Positions 27,028 through 36,726 of a stretch of 64,000 bases of DNA are shown here, piece after piece. The stretch lies in IMG/VR virus record IMGVR_UViG_3300025316_001100; one strand, written 5' to 3'. Numbering within the stretch: position 1 is the stretch's first letter; every line of letters begins with the position of its first letter. The position numbers were made by a program, and so were the translations under genes. Origin of the DNA: a virus (lineage: Duplodnaviria; Heunggongvirae; Uroviricota; Caudoviricetes). The notes under the pieces were generated by a model. That model had not been told where the DNA came from. It made no database searches and saw only the letters and a list, made by a program, of their open reading frames with translations.

Positions 27028-28223
27028 TACAACCCTTTCATAATAGCATCTAGGTGTGCCACACGCATGGCATTTTCCACCTTAATACCAGATTCGTAAG
27101 TATTGTTATTCGGGGATTCAATCTTAAAGACCTTGCCTTCAAAAGGTTCTACTCGTACATAATGTTCACACCATGTATCACAAGTAGTACGAGCTAAGAC
27201 CTCTACAATTTCACCACCTTCTATTTTTTCTTCAACACCATCCAAATAATGGACGGTTGCTGTATTGCCACGGGTGCCCAGCACCAAGGCACGACATACA
27301 AACGTCTTCTTGTCCACTACAACGATGTCACCGATCTTAACAGCCAACCAAGGCTTCTTTTGTTTCGGTGGGGCTTCCCACTGTTTGACTCCAAAAGCCT
27401 TACAAATTTCATCTTCACTCAACATCGCCACCTGTTTATCACCCGGCTTGACCACCACTTCATGGAACGTCAAAGGATACTGAGCATACGGGTTGCCATT
27501 GACTGAATAATTCGTTTTCAAAATAACATGGGTACGAAATCCAGTCTTGTCGGGGAAAGTGATAAAAATATCGCCTTCAAAAGCACCGACACTAAATTGC
27601 CCCTTCTTCAATTCGCAAACATATTCTCCCTTAGCAACCAAAATGTCTACGACTTTACCAATAGTCTTACGAATGAAGTTTTGCACGGCATTCTCAACTA
27701 CCTCCAAAACTTCAGCCTTGATCTTGGCCTTGCCATTCTTCAACCAATTTACTTTGAAGTCTGGCCGATTTTCATCACTAATCCATTTAGTGTTCGTGTC
27801 CCGTGCCTTTTCTTGCTCAAAATACGGCAAGTCTTTCAAAGACATCAATTCAACCGGATGATTGGTATACTGGGAAATCCAGTGCAAGGCTTCACGGGCA
27901 TCGCCTTTTAACTTTCGTAGATAATCACCCGCATTGTAATACTTTTTCTTTTCAGGCATTTCAGCCAATCGCTTGGCCTCACTACGAATTAAAGTAGCCG
28001 CACCCTCACAAATCAACTGATTCGGCTTTCGATTGTCCAAGAACTTCTGAATTGCCTCAATCCGACGCTCGTACAAATAATCCTCATACGACTTCCGATG
28101 ATGGACACACAATTCTTCGATTGCTGCCTTAACGCCAGCCACAACATTAGCATGTTGGTCAACATACTGCTGTCGCAACTGCTCTTTTGTTAAGATGGGC
28201 TGTTCAGGTAATTTGATGGGCAT
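27027..28223 (-). CDS. hypothetical protein (398 aa)
   Basis: Long clean ORF with the 20-bp element and a promoter upstream. Confidence 0.6.
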   Translation of the reverse strand: MPIKLPEQPILTKEQLRQQYVDQHANVVAGVKAAIEELCVHHRKSYEDYLYERRIEAIQKFLDNRKPNQLICEGAATLIRSEAKRLAEMPEKKKYYNAGDYLRKLKGDAREALHWISQYTNHPVELMSLKDLPYFEQEKARDTNTKWISDENRPDFKVNWLKNGKAKIKAEVLEVVENAVQNFIRKTIGKVVDILVAKGEYVCELKKGQFSVGAFEGDIFITFPDKTGFRTHVILKTNYSVNGNPYAQYPLTFHEVVVKPGDKQVAMLSEDEICKAFGVKQWEAPPKQKKPWLAVKIGDIVVVDKKTFVCRALVLGTRGNTATVHYLDGVEEKIEGGEIVEVLARTTCDTWCEHYVRVEPFEGKVFKIESPNNNTYESGIKVENAMRVAHLDAIMKGL

Positions 28224-28260
28224 GATATTTGTCTCTTGTATAATGCAACTAAGTCCGCAG

Positions 28261-28281
28261 TGTGTTATACACCCGGACTCA
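28261..28281 (-). promoter_or_regulatory. conserved 20-bp element, copy 9 (minus: CTGAGTCCGGGTGTATAACAC)
   Basis: Lies 24 nt downstream of the promoter -10 and upstream of the 28223 start. Confidence 0.6.
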
Positions 28282-28305
28282 GTTTGATTTCATCTTCGCT
28301 ATAAA

Positions 28306-28334
28306 ATTATACGCTGGGGCCTGCCCCTTGTAAA
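28306..28334 (-). promoter_or_regulatory. sigma70-type promoter TTTACA-N17-TATAAT (minus)
   Basis: Reverse complement gives TTTACAaggggcaggccccagcgTATAAT. Confidence 0.55.
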
Positions 28335-28850
28335 CTAGCGGGGGTTCTCTTGCAAGAACTTTTCCACCAATTCCAAGATCAGCTTTCCCTCATCTACCTT
28401 CCGTTTTTTGGCAAGAGCCTTAAACTCCTCCAATGTCGCTTTATCCGTAAACGGAATAGCAAGTACAGCGGGATCGGCCTTCTTCGGCTTGGGATTACTC
28501 ACTTTGGGGGTGGAAGGCACGGCCTGCCATGCCTGATCGCTTTGATTGATCGCCTTGGGTTGATTGTGATCGTAATAACGAACGCCATGATTCTTCTTGG
28601 CCTTTTCGTCATTCAGTTCCTTGAGAATCTTTTTGTCCACAATCACACAAAATACATTGCCAGCCGGGCGATCATATTCATCCGGTGTTTCACCACTGGT
28701 GTTGCGTTTCTTTTCCTGCGCCCAATAAGCAACAATATATGCTTTGGCATCTTCGGGAGTTAGATGTAAACTATAGCCATCAGGGCGACTTCCCCAACCA
28801 CGTTCACTTTCTTCCCACTGTTGACACCAAGCGATTAACTGAGCGGCCAT
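28335..28850 (-). CDS. hypothetical protein (171 aa)
   Basis: ORF. Confidence 0.55.
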   Translation of the reverse strand: MAAQLIAWCQQWEESERGWGSRPDGYSLHLTPEDAKAYIVAYWAQEKKRNTSGETPDEYDRPAGNVFCVIVDKKILKELNDEKAKKNHGVRYYDHNQPKAINQSDQAWQAVPSTPKVSNPKPKKADPAVLAIPFTDKATLEEFKALAKKRKVDEGKLILELVEKFLQENPR

Positions 28851-29061
28851 TTTTATTTCCTTTCTTAACGGTTCGCATATCCACGCCTGCTTGGGATAAT
28901 AAAAAGAATCGTAGTATTTCCGATTCTTTCAAATGATCCTTCCAAAAGGCATCGACAATCCATTTCTCCAATTCATCCCGTTCAATCGTTTTGAGCCATG
29001 CTATGAATTCTTGCAACGACTCCGAATGTTCGGTGGGTGTATAATCAACGGAAGACATCAA
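28804..29061 (-). CDS. hypothetical protein (85 aa)
   Basis: ORF. Confidence 0.4.
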   Translation of the reverse strand: MMSSVDYTPTEHSESLQEFIAWLKTIERDELEKWIVDAFWKDHLKESEILRFFLLSQAGVDMRTVKKGNKNGRSVNRLVSTVGRK

Positions 29062-30125
29062 TCAAATCTCCCGCCCTGCGACCAGGACCGCACTTCGGTA
29101 TTGTGATACACTTCATACCACTTGTCGCCAAGAGCTACAGTTTCATGGTCACGGGTCAACTGACTACTCCAAGCACTTCGGTGAAACACTTTGCCTCTGG
29201 CAAAGTGTTTCACTTTTGTTTTGCCTGTGCAAGACCATCCACGACTAAGTTCATGCTTGTTGCTTCGGTCGTCTTGCCGTGGCAAAACCACAACTGCAAC
29301 ATCTTTCAAAAATGCCGTTTTACTAGCATAATCAAACTTAGCAGCCATACCGACATCATCCAGACCGGTTTCGACAAAGAACCATTCGCCTTGTCGTAGC
29401 ACTTGCTTGCCTTCCTTTTCAGCCTTGCATACTTCGGTAGGCTTGAGGCATTCAAAGGCATCTTCAATGCTCTTTGGCTTGCGTGGCAATTCGGACACGA
29501 AATAGGCACCACCATCGAGGGCGCACAAATAGTATTTCTTGTCTCGTTCGATTACAGCCGCACCAAGAATGTGCCAAACGCCATTAACTTTGGCTTCATC
29601 GCCATTCTTATATGGCATAAACATGCCTTGCTTCGGCGGCACAAATTCTTCACGCTTCTTAACAGGATAAATATCCTTGAAGTATTTCTTGGCACGTTTA
29701 TCCCAATAAACAAACTCACGACTATCGGCTCGCCAATAAAGAATGGCTGCCCTTGGATCATCCGATTCATCTGCATTAATCGGCTTACGTTTATCCTTGA
29801 GTGTCAAAGACTCAAAATGAATTCCAGCCGCTTCCAAATTGACCCTTGAAACGGTTGGGCCTTGACACGCCTTTTGTGTGTCAGATTGATGGCCGCTAGT
29901 CGTATTGCTATAGCGGTCGCCATTCTTTACAAACACGGGTTGAATTTCACCCTTATCGTTTTTCACCTCCCCGATACGCTTTGCCAAGGGGAAATGATAA
30001 CCATAACTATAGACGGTATCGCCTTCACAGAAGATCACAGAACGACCATGACTCTTCCACGATACGGCTCCACCTTGCCGAGAATTCGGTTTCTGTGCAA
30101 CAAAATTTTTGAATACGTCTGCCAT
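29058..30125 (-). CDS. hypothetical protein (355 aa)
   Basis: Long clean ORF. Confidence 0.6.
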   Translation of the reverse strand: MADVFKNFVAQKPNSRQGGAVSWKSHGRSVIFCEGDTVYSYGYHFPLAKRIGEVKNDKGEIQPVFVKNGDRYSNTTSGHQSDTQKACQGPTVSRVNLEAAGIHFESLTLKDKRKPINADESDDPRAAILYWRADSREFVYWDKRAKKYFKDIYPVKKREEFVPPKQGMFMPYKNGDEAKVNGVWHILGAAVIERDKKYYLCALDGGAYFVSELPRKPKSIEDAFECLKPTEVCKAEKEGKQVLRQGEWFFVETGLDDVGMAAKFDYASKTAFLKDVAVVVLPRQDDRSNKHELSRGWSCTGKTKVKHFARGKVFHRSAWSSQLTRDHETVALGDKWYEVYHNTEVRSWSQGGRFD

Positions 30126-30189
30126 TGATTTACCTTTCTTGTATTTCCTGTTTCAGCCCACACTGCATTACGCAGCGATTGTTACAAGA

Positions 30190-30218
30190 ATTATACTACA
30201 AAAATATTCCTTGTAAAC
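30190..30218 (-). promoter_or_regulatory. sigma70-type promoter TTTACA-N17-(GTAG)TATAAT (minus)
   Basis: Reverse complement gives TTTACAaggaatatttttgtagTATAAT. Confidence 0.6.
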
Positions 30219-30518
30219 TTAGTTCATCAAATGTGCAGGAGGTTCTCTGGCATCGAAAACCTCGTAACCGATTCTGGCAAATAGAATGATGTTTTTATAA
30301 AACCAATCATCGATTTCGCCTTGTACCAAACGAAGTTGTTTTTTGGTCTTGTCCACAACATAGGTGGTGCAATTGCCAGGGATTCCCCAAACAGCCCCGT
30401 CCTTCATCATATTGATAAGGTTCTCGGCCCATGCAACATCGCTTGGCGAAGGTGTATATTTAATCGCTGGTGGAGTTTTGCCTTGACCCCACGGCATTTC
30501 AGATGGAAAACGACTCAT
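30219..30518 (-). CDS. hypothetical protein (99 aa)
   Basis: ORF. Confidence 0.5.
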   Translation of the reverse strand: MSRFPSEMPWGQGKTPPAIKYTPSPSDVAWAENLINMMKDGAVWGIPGNCTTYVVDKTKKQLRLVQGEIDDWFYKNIILFARIGYEVFDAREPPAHLMN

Positions 30519-30623
30519 TTGCTACTCCTAATGATTGTCAGTTGAAATAAAACATTTGTAATAATGATTGAAAATATTATGCCACTATCCACCAAAAATG
30601 CTTGAACGAACCATATATAAGAT

Positions 30624-31349
30624 ATGGTTAAACACATAATTAAAATAGGCGACAGATTTAACGACCTCACAGTACAAAGCAAATCGCTCGAAAAAAAATA
30701 TCAGTGGGTTTGTAGGTGTGATTGTGGTAATGTTACAACCGTTCCACCAGCGTCACTTTATACAGGAAATACAAAAAGTTGCGGATGCAAACACAACAAA
30801 CTAAAAAAATACTTCATAAATCCAGGTGACAAATTTGGAAGGCTGACAGTCTTGGAAGCTTTGCGTAACAATCAAGTTAAATGCTTATGCGAATGTGGAA
30901 AAACAACGATAGTGAAAAAAGTGGCCCATTTACATCGTGGACATACGAAAAGTTGTGGTTGTCTCAAAGAGGAAATTCTTCATTCATTTACGCTGCCTGA
31001 TGGGCAAGCATCAAAAAATAAAACCTATAGCGTTTACAAATACTCCGCATCGCAAAGAGGTTATATTTTTGAATTAACACAAGAACAATTTGAAACACTG
31101 GCCGTACAACCTTGTTACTATTGCGGTAGGGAATTTACAGCTTCTAAGGGAAGTAATGACATGAATGGCAAATGGAAATGCAATGGCGTTGACAGAGTGG
31201 ACAATACACAAGGATATACGGTAGAAAATTGTGTCACCTGCTGTTTTCTATGTAACTACTGGAAAAGTGATTTATCATTACAAGAGTTTACTGATCATTT
31301 GGAAAGAATAATGGCAAAAAAGACTCAATGGAATAAAAGATGGCATTAA
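30624..31349 (+). CDS. HNH homing endonuclease-like protein (241 aa): two N-terminal Cys-rich repeats plus a C-terminal HNH motif
   Basis: C-terminal NGVDRVDNTQGYTVENCVTCCFLCNYWK (HNH); repeated GD(R/K)F..LTV...C.C(D/E)CG...SCGC modules; lone plus-strand gene among minus-strand genes. Confidence 0.65.
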   Translation: MVKHIIKIGDRFNDLTVQSKSLEKKYQWVCRCDCGNVTTVPPASLYTGNTKSCGCKHNKLKKYFINPGDKFGRLTVLEALRNNQVKCLCECGKTTIVKKVAHLHRGHTKSCGCLKEEILHSFTLPDGQASKNKTYSVYKYSASQRGYIFELTQEQFETLAVQPCYYCGREFTASKGSNDMNGKWKCNGVDRVDNTQGYTVENCVTCCFLCNYWKSDLSLQEFTDHLERIMAKKTQWNKRWH

Positions 31350-31586
31350 ACATCCACCTCTCATGACCAATCTCCATGTTTTGTTTGTACCAACAACATT
31401 AATGCTACTTTGATGCCGTGGCGTTTGCCCCTCCAATAATCTGGCGGCTCACCATCACGCTGAACGTCAGCGTCGTCATGCGTGCTGTCAATCATTCGTT
31501 CAAGATATGCAATCTTACCTCGAAGACACCAACGAATGAATGCCCGAACTGGCATGCCCATTGCGTAAATCAAATTGTATATCCAA

Positions 31587-31943
31587 TCAAGCATATTCTT
31601 CCTCGTACAAATCAGGAAAGGACTCTCGCATTTCTCGATCAAACTCATCAGCTTCGGCATCACATTCATCCACATACTTTTTAATCTCTGCGGATAGTTT
31701 AGCTACATCCTGTCCAGGAAACGGCCAACCTTTAATGTCAAGCCATTCCAAGTGTTCTGGCTCGGCTCCTTCGGCTAACAATCGAGCCTTTGTCTCTGCA
31801 CGGGTAGCGTCAAATTCTCTAGCGCAAATAGCACAAGGAAATTCCCAATAACCATGTTCGTCTAGTCTGCCGCTACCAAAGGTCAATCCGTCATGGATAC
31901 CAGTTGAAGTGCTACACTTGAGATTACCACATGGATGATTCAT
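31587..31943 (-). CDS. hypothetical protein (118 aa)
   Basis: ORF. Confidence 0.45.
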   Translation of the reverse strand: MNHPCGNLKCSTSTGIHDGLTFGSGRLDEHGYWEFPCAICAREFDATRAETKARLLAEGAEPEHLEWLDIKGWPFPGQDVAKLSAEIKKYVDECDAEADEFDREMRESFPDLYEEEYA

Positions 31944-32305
31944 TATTTATCTCCAAAGTTGGGCACTTCCATTTCTGCTCCACAACCAGGAATTGATCCT
32001 GGTGTAAATTCTTTCTTAACAGCCGTGGTCTTTTGTACTTTGCCACATTTCTGACAAGTACGTTGCCATTGGCGAGTATTGGCTGCCGGGACATGAACAT
32101 CTGATACAGTTGTATCCACTCCCAAATACACACCACGACTAAGATCACTAAGCACCGTATATCCCTCACGATAAATGGGCACGTATTCAACGCCGCCCCA
32201 TTCGTGTTGACATGTATGTTCAATTTCCTCCAACTGCTTCCATCTTCGATGCAGTTCGGACTCTAACTTCTTGGCTTCATCACGTATAATATGAGCATCA
32301 GACAT
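31943..32305 (-). CDS. Zn-ribbon protein (120 aa)
   Basis: CQHEWGG...CQKCGK...CGAEM motifs. Confidence 0.5.
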   Translation of the reverse strand: MSDAHIIRDEAKKLESELHRRWKQLEEIEHTCQHEWGGVEYVPIYREGYTVLSDLSRGVYLGVDTTVSDVHVPAANTRQWQRTCQKCGKVQKTTAVKKEFTPGSIPGCGAEMEVPNFGDK

Positions 32306-32984
32306 AACACACCTGATCGTTTGCTTTCAATTCGGGAAAATGGTTAATGAGATTGTCGGCCAGGGCCAACAGTTGTTCTTCTGTGCCGTTCATGCCCTGA
32401 ATACCACCACGGCAATAGTCGGCGGAATCATCAAAGATCGCCGTCAAAGTTTCAAAATGCTTCTTTTGTTTTACCTTGGGCGGCTGGATCGTAATCAACA
32501 CTCTTCCAGCACTGCCCCATATCATCGCATGACAAAACTTGTTGTCGCCAGCATGACCTCTGTCCGATGAATCGTTCCAATATTTCTTCAATTTTGGCAA
32601 CCAAATCGTGGCTTCAAATTCACGGATTTTATCATGAACCTTATCTGTAGTAGCGGAAATCCGCAACCAAATATCACGATAACGTTCGTAAGAACTGCGA
32701 ACCCAAGGAACTAAACGATGCAAGCTATCGCCATTGAATTCCACCAAATGAAGCTTAGCCATTGAAGCTTCTATCATTAGGTTGGTGGTAATCACACCCT
32801 TTTTGATGAAGTCTTGCATATCCTCGTCTTGCCTGCACACCGGGCAGATGACTTCAATAACAACATACTTCTCGCCCTGCTTCTCAAAGCAATCGATACG
32901 GTGTCCACGAAAATTCTCCAATGGAGTTTTACAACGAGTACAGTTGGTCACCGCATCTGCGTTTTCAATAATCGTAGTAGACAT
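32298..32984 (-). CDS. hypothetical protein (228 aa)
   Basis: ORF. Confidence 0.55.
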   Translation of the reverse strand: MSTTIIENADAVTNCTRCKTPLENFRGHRIDCFEKQGEKYVVIEVICPVCRQDEDMQDFIKKGVITTNLMIEASMAKLHLVEFNGDSLHRLVPWVRSSYERYRDIWLRISATTDKVHDKIREFEATIWLPKLKKYWNDSSDRGHAGDNKFCHAMIWGSAGRVLITIQPPKVKQKKHFETLTAIFDDSADYCRGGIQGMNGTEEQLLALADNLINHFPELKANDQVCYV

Positions 32985-33176
32985 TTATCGACCCTTATAA
33001 GTCTTTCTGATCCACAGATCAGGGATGCCAGCAAAAGGATCAGCACGCTCTATAAACTTTTCAATAGCGGCTTCCGCCGATTCTTGAGAAACATGAGGAG
33101 TTCTATTCAATTGATTGAATGACGAAGACTCACCATGACGCTCCTGCATTACAACAAATTCGACAATAAATTTCAT
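32985..33176 (-). CDS. hypothetical protein (63 aa)
   Basis: ORF. Confidence 0.4.
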   Translation of the reverse strand: MKFIVEFVVMQERHGESSSFNQLNRTPHVSQESAEAAIEKFIERADPFAGIPDLWIRKTYKGR

Positions 33177-33193
33177 TTTTCGCTCCGTTCTTT

Positions 33194-33427
33194 CTATTGT
33201 CTATACCCGCATTTTTTACACACCAGAACACCATATTCACAACCATAAGGAACATGGAAAGACGTGTCATCTTCTTTTATGTACTCAAAATCATGATGAG
33301 TACAACAGCCATTATCAATCGATGAATTCGCTTTATTGTGTTGATCGAATGAATGTAATTTAACCGCTATAATTCCAATGATTCCAATAATGATCAATGA
33401 AACAGTGACAATTAAACACATCATCAT
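33194..33427 (-). CDS. small membrane protein with a C-terminal Zn-ribbon (77 aa)
   Basis: N-terminal TM helix; CKKCGY motif. Confidence 0.45.
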   Translation of the reverse strand: MMMCLIVTVSLIIIGIIGIIAVKLHSFDQHNKANSSIDNGCCTHHDFEYIKEDDTSFHVPYGCEYGVLVCKKCGYRQ

Positions 33428-33792
33428 GTACCCGCCTCTTCATAAACCAATTGCATTAATGGCGACCATTGGGGACTATCGCTTTTTCTATTCATCCATT
33501 CTTTAACACTGCCCATACCGTCCCACGGTGGTGGAATGATTTGATTGGGTAACATTGCATCACCACATCGAGGACACTTATGCCGCCACAAACCAAACAT
33601 ATTCTTGTAATAATCCCCCCGATGATTTTCATCCACAATTGGCACATCTGGAATGAGATTCGTAGGAATTAAAAGTCCACAAACACAACAACAAGACAAT
33701 AAATCACCACGCAGTTGTCCAGTTGCATTGCCTAGACAGGTATTGATTTCTCTCGCCGCTTGCAGTTTTTCAGCCTCATCCTGAAATAACAT
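33424..33792 (-). CDS. Cys-rich protein (122 aa)
   Basis: ORF. Confidence 0.5.
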   Translation of the reverse strand: MLFQDEAEKLQAAREINTCLGNATGQLRGDLLSCCCVCGLLIPTNLIPDVPIVDENHRGDYYKNMFGLWRHKCPRCGDAMLPNQIIPPPWDGMGSVKEWMNRKSDSPQWSPLMQLVYEEAGT

Positions 33793-33813
33793 TGTGTTTT
33801 TTACTTTCTGTTT

Positions 33814-34053
33814 TTAGATCCAATTCCTTCTTCTTGAAATCGCACTCTGCCTACGACCACAATAACTACATGTACCAATATAATGCACAGAAATTAAAGT
33901 GTGCATCTGGATCACTTCATTTCGTCGCCATATAGAAAAATTCGCTGCCCATGTTTCTGCAAGCCACACACTTAATTCGGAATGTTCTGGGAATCGACTC
34001 CACCCTCTGTTTCCACGCCCTCCCACTCCGCACATGTAGCGTCTGAATTTCAT
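33814..34053 (-). CDS. hypothetical protein (79 aa), possibly translated from a leaderless mRNA
   Basis: The -10 of the promoter at 34060-34065 places the TSS at or next to the ATG at 34053; no SD. Confidence 0.35.
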   Translation of the reverse strand: MKFRRYMCGVGGRGNRGWSRFPEHSELSVWLAETWAANFSIWRRNEVIQMHTLISVHYIGTCSYCGRRQSAISRRRNWI

Positions 34054-34059
34054 AATGAT

Positions 34060-34087
34060 ATTATACTACAAAAAGAACCAATGTAAA
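34060..34087 (-). promoter_or_regulatory. sigma70-type promoter TTTACA-N16-(GTAG)TATAAT (minus)
   Basis: Reverse complement gives TTTACAttggttctttttgtagTATAAT; the -35 overlaps the T-tract of the upstream terminator. Confidence 0.55.
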
Positions 34088-34121
34088 CAAAACCGCCCGG
34101 CCTTGGCCGGGCGGTTTTTCC
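34083..34121 (-). terminator. Rho-independent terminator (minus: AAACCGCCCGGCC-AAG-GCCGGGCGGTTT then TGTTTACAT)
   Basis: Perfect GC stem plus T-run, after the 34127 gene end. Confidence 0.55.
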
Positions 34122-34126
34122 CAAAG

Positions 34127-34612
34127 TTATGCTCCACAGCACTGATCGAACACAGTGCGTTTTGCTACCTTTTCTGGATAGTGGCGTTCGATTTCTGGCT
34201 TGCTAGAAATGATGATTCCGTTTTCATCAGTTATAACATAAAAGCTGTGCGGGTAGATCGGCTTAAACTTCTCTCCCAGCGTCAAACCCTTGAGATTAGA
34301 CACCTGTACGGCCACATTGACTCGATAATAACGATTTCCACTACGGAAATAATTATCTGGATCAATGTCAATAGCCATAATTCGATCCAAATTATCAGGG
34401 GTGCCCAATTGAGCCTCTACCTGTACCGCAACCTTCTTGGAATAATCCGGTCGCTTAGCATCCGCCTGCAACTCAGGCTTTTGTTCGGGCGTTTCTTTCT
34501 TTGTCTTACTACAAACTCTTCCCATGATTGTTCCTCCATTAAGAATTAAGTGCATGCTCCAACATTCCTTCTGCCGTTTTGCCCAAGGGCCAATAATCAG
34601 CAGGAAGTTCAT
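34127..34612 (-). CDS. hypothetical protein (161 aa)
   Basis: ORF. Confidence 0.5.
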   Translation of the reverse strand: MNFLLIIGPWAKRQKECWSMHLILNGGTIMGRVCSKTKKETPEQKPELQADAKRPDYSKKVAVQVEAQLGTPDNLDRIMAIDIDPDNYFRSGNRYYRVNVAVQVSNLKGLTLGEKFKPIYPHSFYVITDENGIIISSKPEIERHYPEKVAKRTVFDQCCGA

Positions 34613-34731
34613 ACCGACCGCTCACAAGATGAGCTTTATGCGCCGTCCTGACAATCTTATGTCCAGCGACAGCATCCATGTGACGAAACATGACACACAC
34701 ATCCGTCACAGGATCGAAAAAACATTGTGAC

Positions 34732-35154
34732 TTAGTTTGCATCTTCACGTTTTTGTTTCCTTTCATATGCCGTTCGTAATTTCAATATTCCTGTTTGAAT
34801 GGAATGTAATTGTTTCAAATGTTCCTTTTTATCTTTAGGAAACGTCCATTCAGCTTCATCGGTAGCTTCACTGGCTTTGTACAGTTTCACCAGCATTGTC
34901 CACGTTTCATCTAACAACTCTTTGTAGCCCGTGACATCAGGCAACATCTTTCGATAAGGCCGTTGACTCTCAAGGAGAATCAAAGCAACATTGACGGGGC
35001 CAGGGGTATTCCATTGAGATTCATTGAAATTCCCCACTTGCTTTCGCAGCATTTTAACAGCTTTTTCCGCCGCCGTCAATATTGCATTTTCAATTTCTGC
35101 ATCGAGATCGCTGGCTCTGTCAGACCCGACCAAACTCATTTCAAAATAGCCCAT
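34732..35154 (-). CDS. hypothetical protein (140 aa)
   Basis: ORF. Confidence 0.5.
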   Translation of the reverse strand: MGYFEMSLVGSDRASDLDAEIENAILTAAEKAVKMLRKQVGNFNESQWNTPGPVNVALILLESQRPYRKMLPDVTGYKELLDETWTMLVKLYKASEATDEAEWTFPKDKKEHLKQLHSIQTGILKLRTAYERKQKREDAN

Positions 35155-36047
35155 TATCGATCCAGGGCCTTTCCTGCAATAAAGTCTTCGGGACTGACCA
35201 ATTTCACCTTAGCCCTTGTCGGATCGTCGGGATCAGGCTGTGAAACCCTTACGCCTGGGCCTGCTGGCAACGTGCCCATTTTCTGGGACGCATCCCGCAG
35301 ATACGATTCCATTTGACGAGCCGGATCAGGGCCTACCTTTTCCGATTCATCAAACACTTCTTTGTTCAGCTTTTCCATGTCATCTTCGTGGACATAAACG
35401 CTGAAATCCATGTCGAATTGACCAACTGAATCAATCCTGAAAATAAATCGTTCAACACCCTGTTCTTCCAGGGCCTTGCCGATCTTCTTAGGATCATCAG
35501 CCTGACCACCGTACAAACCGTTTTCAAAACCCGACTCCAACAGTTTGTAACCATGTTCAGTCGGATCAATGCCATCAATCGTGATAGCACTTCCGGTATT
35601 GCCTTCAAAAGACTGCAAATAATCTTCTGGATTTTCTTGAACACACTCCACGCATACCGGGCCATCATCGCTATCCCAGTATTGCCGGGTCCAACTGTAG
35701 CTGTCGGCTTGGCAACGCACTAGCTTGCCGCACTGTTCACAGGCAACCCATTCGTCGCTCCATTCCAATTCGACCCCCAACTTCTCAAACAACTTCGCAA
35801 TACGACCTGGGGTATCGTCAATAACCTTTGACTCATTCTTCTCACGATCCCACTCGGTAACCGTATTCCAATTGCCAGTACAGATCACACCACTATCGGG
35901 ATCGCTGTATCCTGGTTCGGCATAGCCTTCGGTATGAACCGTAATTTCATCAATCCGGCTCTCGGCCTGCCACCCCTTGGCCTTTTTCCTGGCAGCTTCA
36001 AGAATGGCAAATACACGCTTCGTAACTTGATTCTTATCTCGCTTCAT
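35154..36047 (-). CDS. hypothetical protein (297 aa)
   Basis: Long clean ORF. Confidence 0.6.
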   Translation of the reverse strand: MKRDKNQVTKRVFAILEAARKKAKGWQAESRIDEITVHTEGYAEPGYSDPDSGVICTGNWNTVTEWDREKNESKVIDDTPGRIAKLFEKLGVELEWSDEWVACEQCGKLVRCQADSYSWTRQYWDSDDGPVCVECVQENPEDYLQSFEGNTGSAITIDGIDPTEHGYKLLESGFENGLYGGQADDPKKIGKALEEQGVERFIFRIDSVGQFDMDFSVYVHEDDMEKLNKEVFDESEKVGPDPARQMESYLRDASQKMGTLPAGPGVRVSQPDPDDPTRAKVKLVSPEDFIAGKALDR

Positions 36048-36555
36048 CTTCTTGTCCCTTTAATTGAGCCGCCCGTTCTAAGGCAGCAGTTTCGGTTTCT
36101 AATACTTGATAGAGAACTTCGGACTTAATACTTTCTACATCGTAATCACTATCCCATTGTTCCCACACCAAACTACTCTTCAGCCAAAATTGTTCGTATT
36201 TACCATCGCCTGTTGGGACTAATTTCAAAATAGTAGTTAGAGGCGCACCATATGTTACATCTGGGTCGCAGCATTCTACAAATAGCGTTTCACCTTGATG
36301 TAATCGATTTCTGATTCTATTAACTTGTGTATCTGCCCGTCTATCAAGTTGCTTCAATGTGCCACGTAACTTACACTCTTGGCAATGCCAAATGCAATCG
36401 TCTTCTGACATGCTAAATCGCCAATGCCACCCGATGTTTTGTTTCATATAAACGATGTCGAGTTGCAAACCGTCTTTTGCCTCACACACAGGGCATTGCC
36501 GGGTGCGACTGTCATCGTTTTGCACGTTTCGCATTAAAGCCCATTCAGGAAACAT
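36034..36555 (-). CDS. hypothetical protein (173 aa) with CxxC pairs
   Basis: ORF. Confidence 0.55.
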   Translation of the reverse strand: MFPEWALMRNVQNDDSRTRQCPVCEAKDGLQLDIVYMKQNIGWHWRFSMSEDDCIWHCQECKLRGTLKQLDRRADTQVNRIRNRLHQGETLFVECCDPDVTYGAPLTTILKLVPTGDGKYEQFWLKSSLVWEQWDSDYDVESIKSEVLYQVLETETAALERAAQLKGQEDEAR

Positions 36556-36573
36556 AGATCACCTATTTTATAT

Positions 36574-36726
36574 GGGTAGGACAACGGAACCCGTCTGCCT
36601 TAGTAGCAGCCTCGCTGGACAGTTACTAGAACTGGTGGGTGCTGCCCCCACGGTAACTACGGCATCGGCCAGCCAATTTCCTAGCCTAGCCTCAGACTCA
36701 ACGAGCTAATTGGCCGTTGCCCTACC
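36574..36726 (-). ncRNA. Candidate structured noncoding RNA (about 150 nt) closed by a 14-bp long-range stem GGGTAGGACAACGG / CCGTTGCCCTACCC
   Basis: 165-nt intergenic interval with no ORF; near-perfect terminal inverted repeat; internal hairpins (GTGGG-GGCAGCA-CCCAC) and a GGCTAGGCTAGG repeat. Confidence 0.25.
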
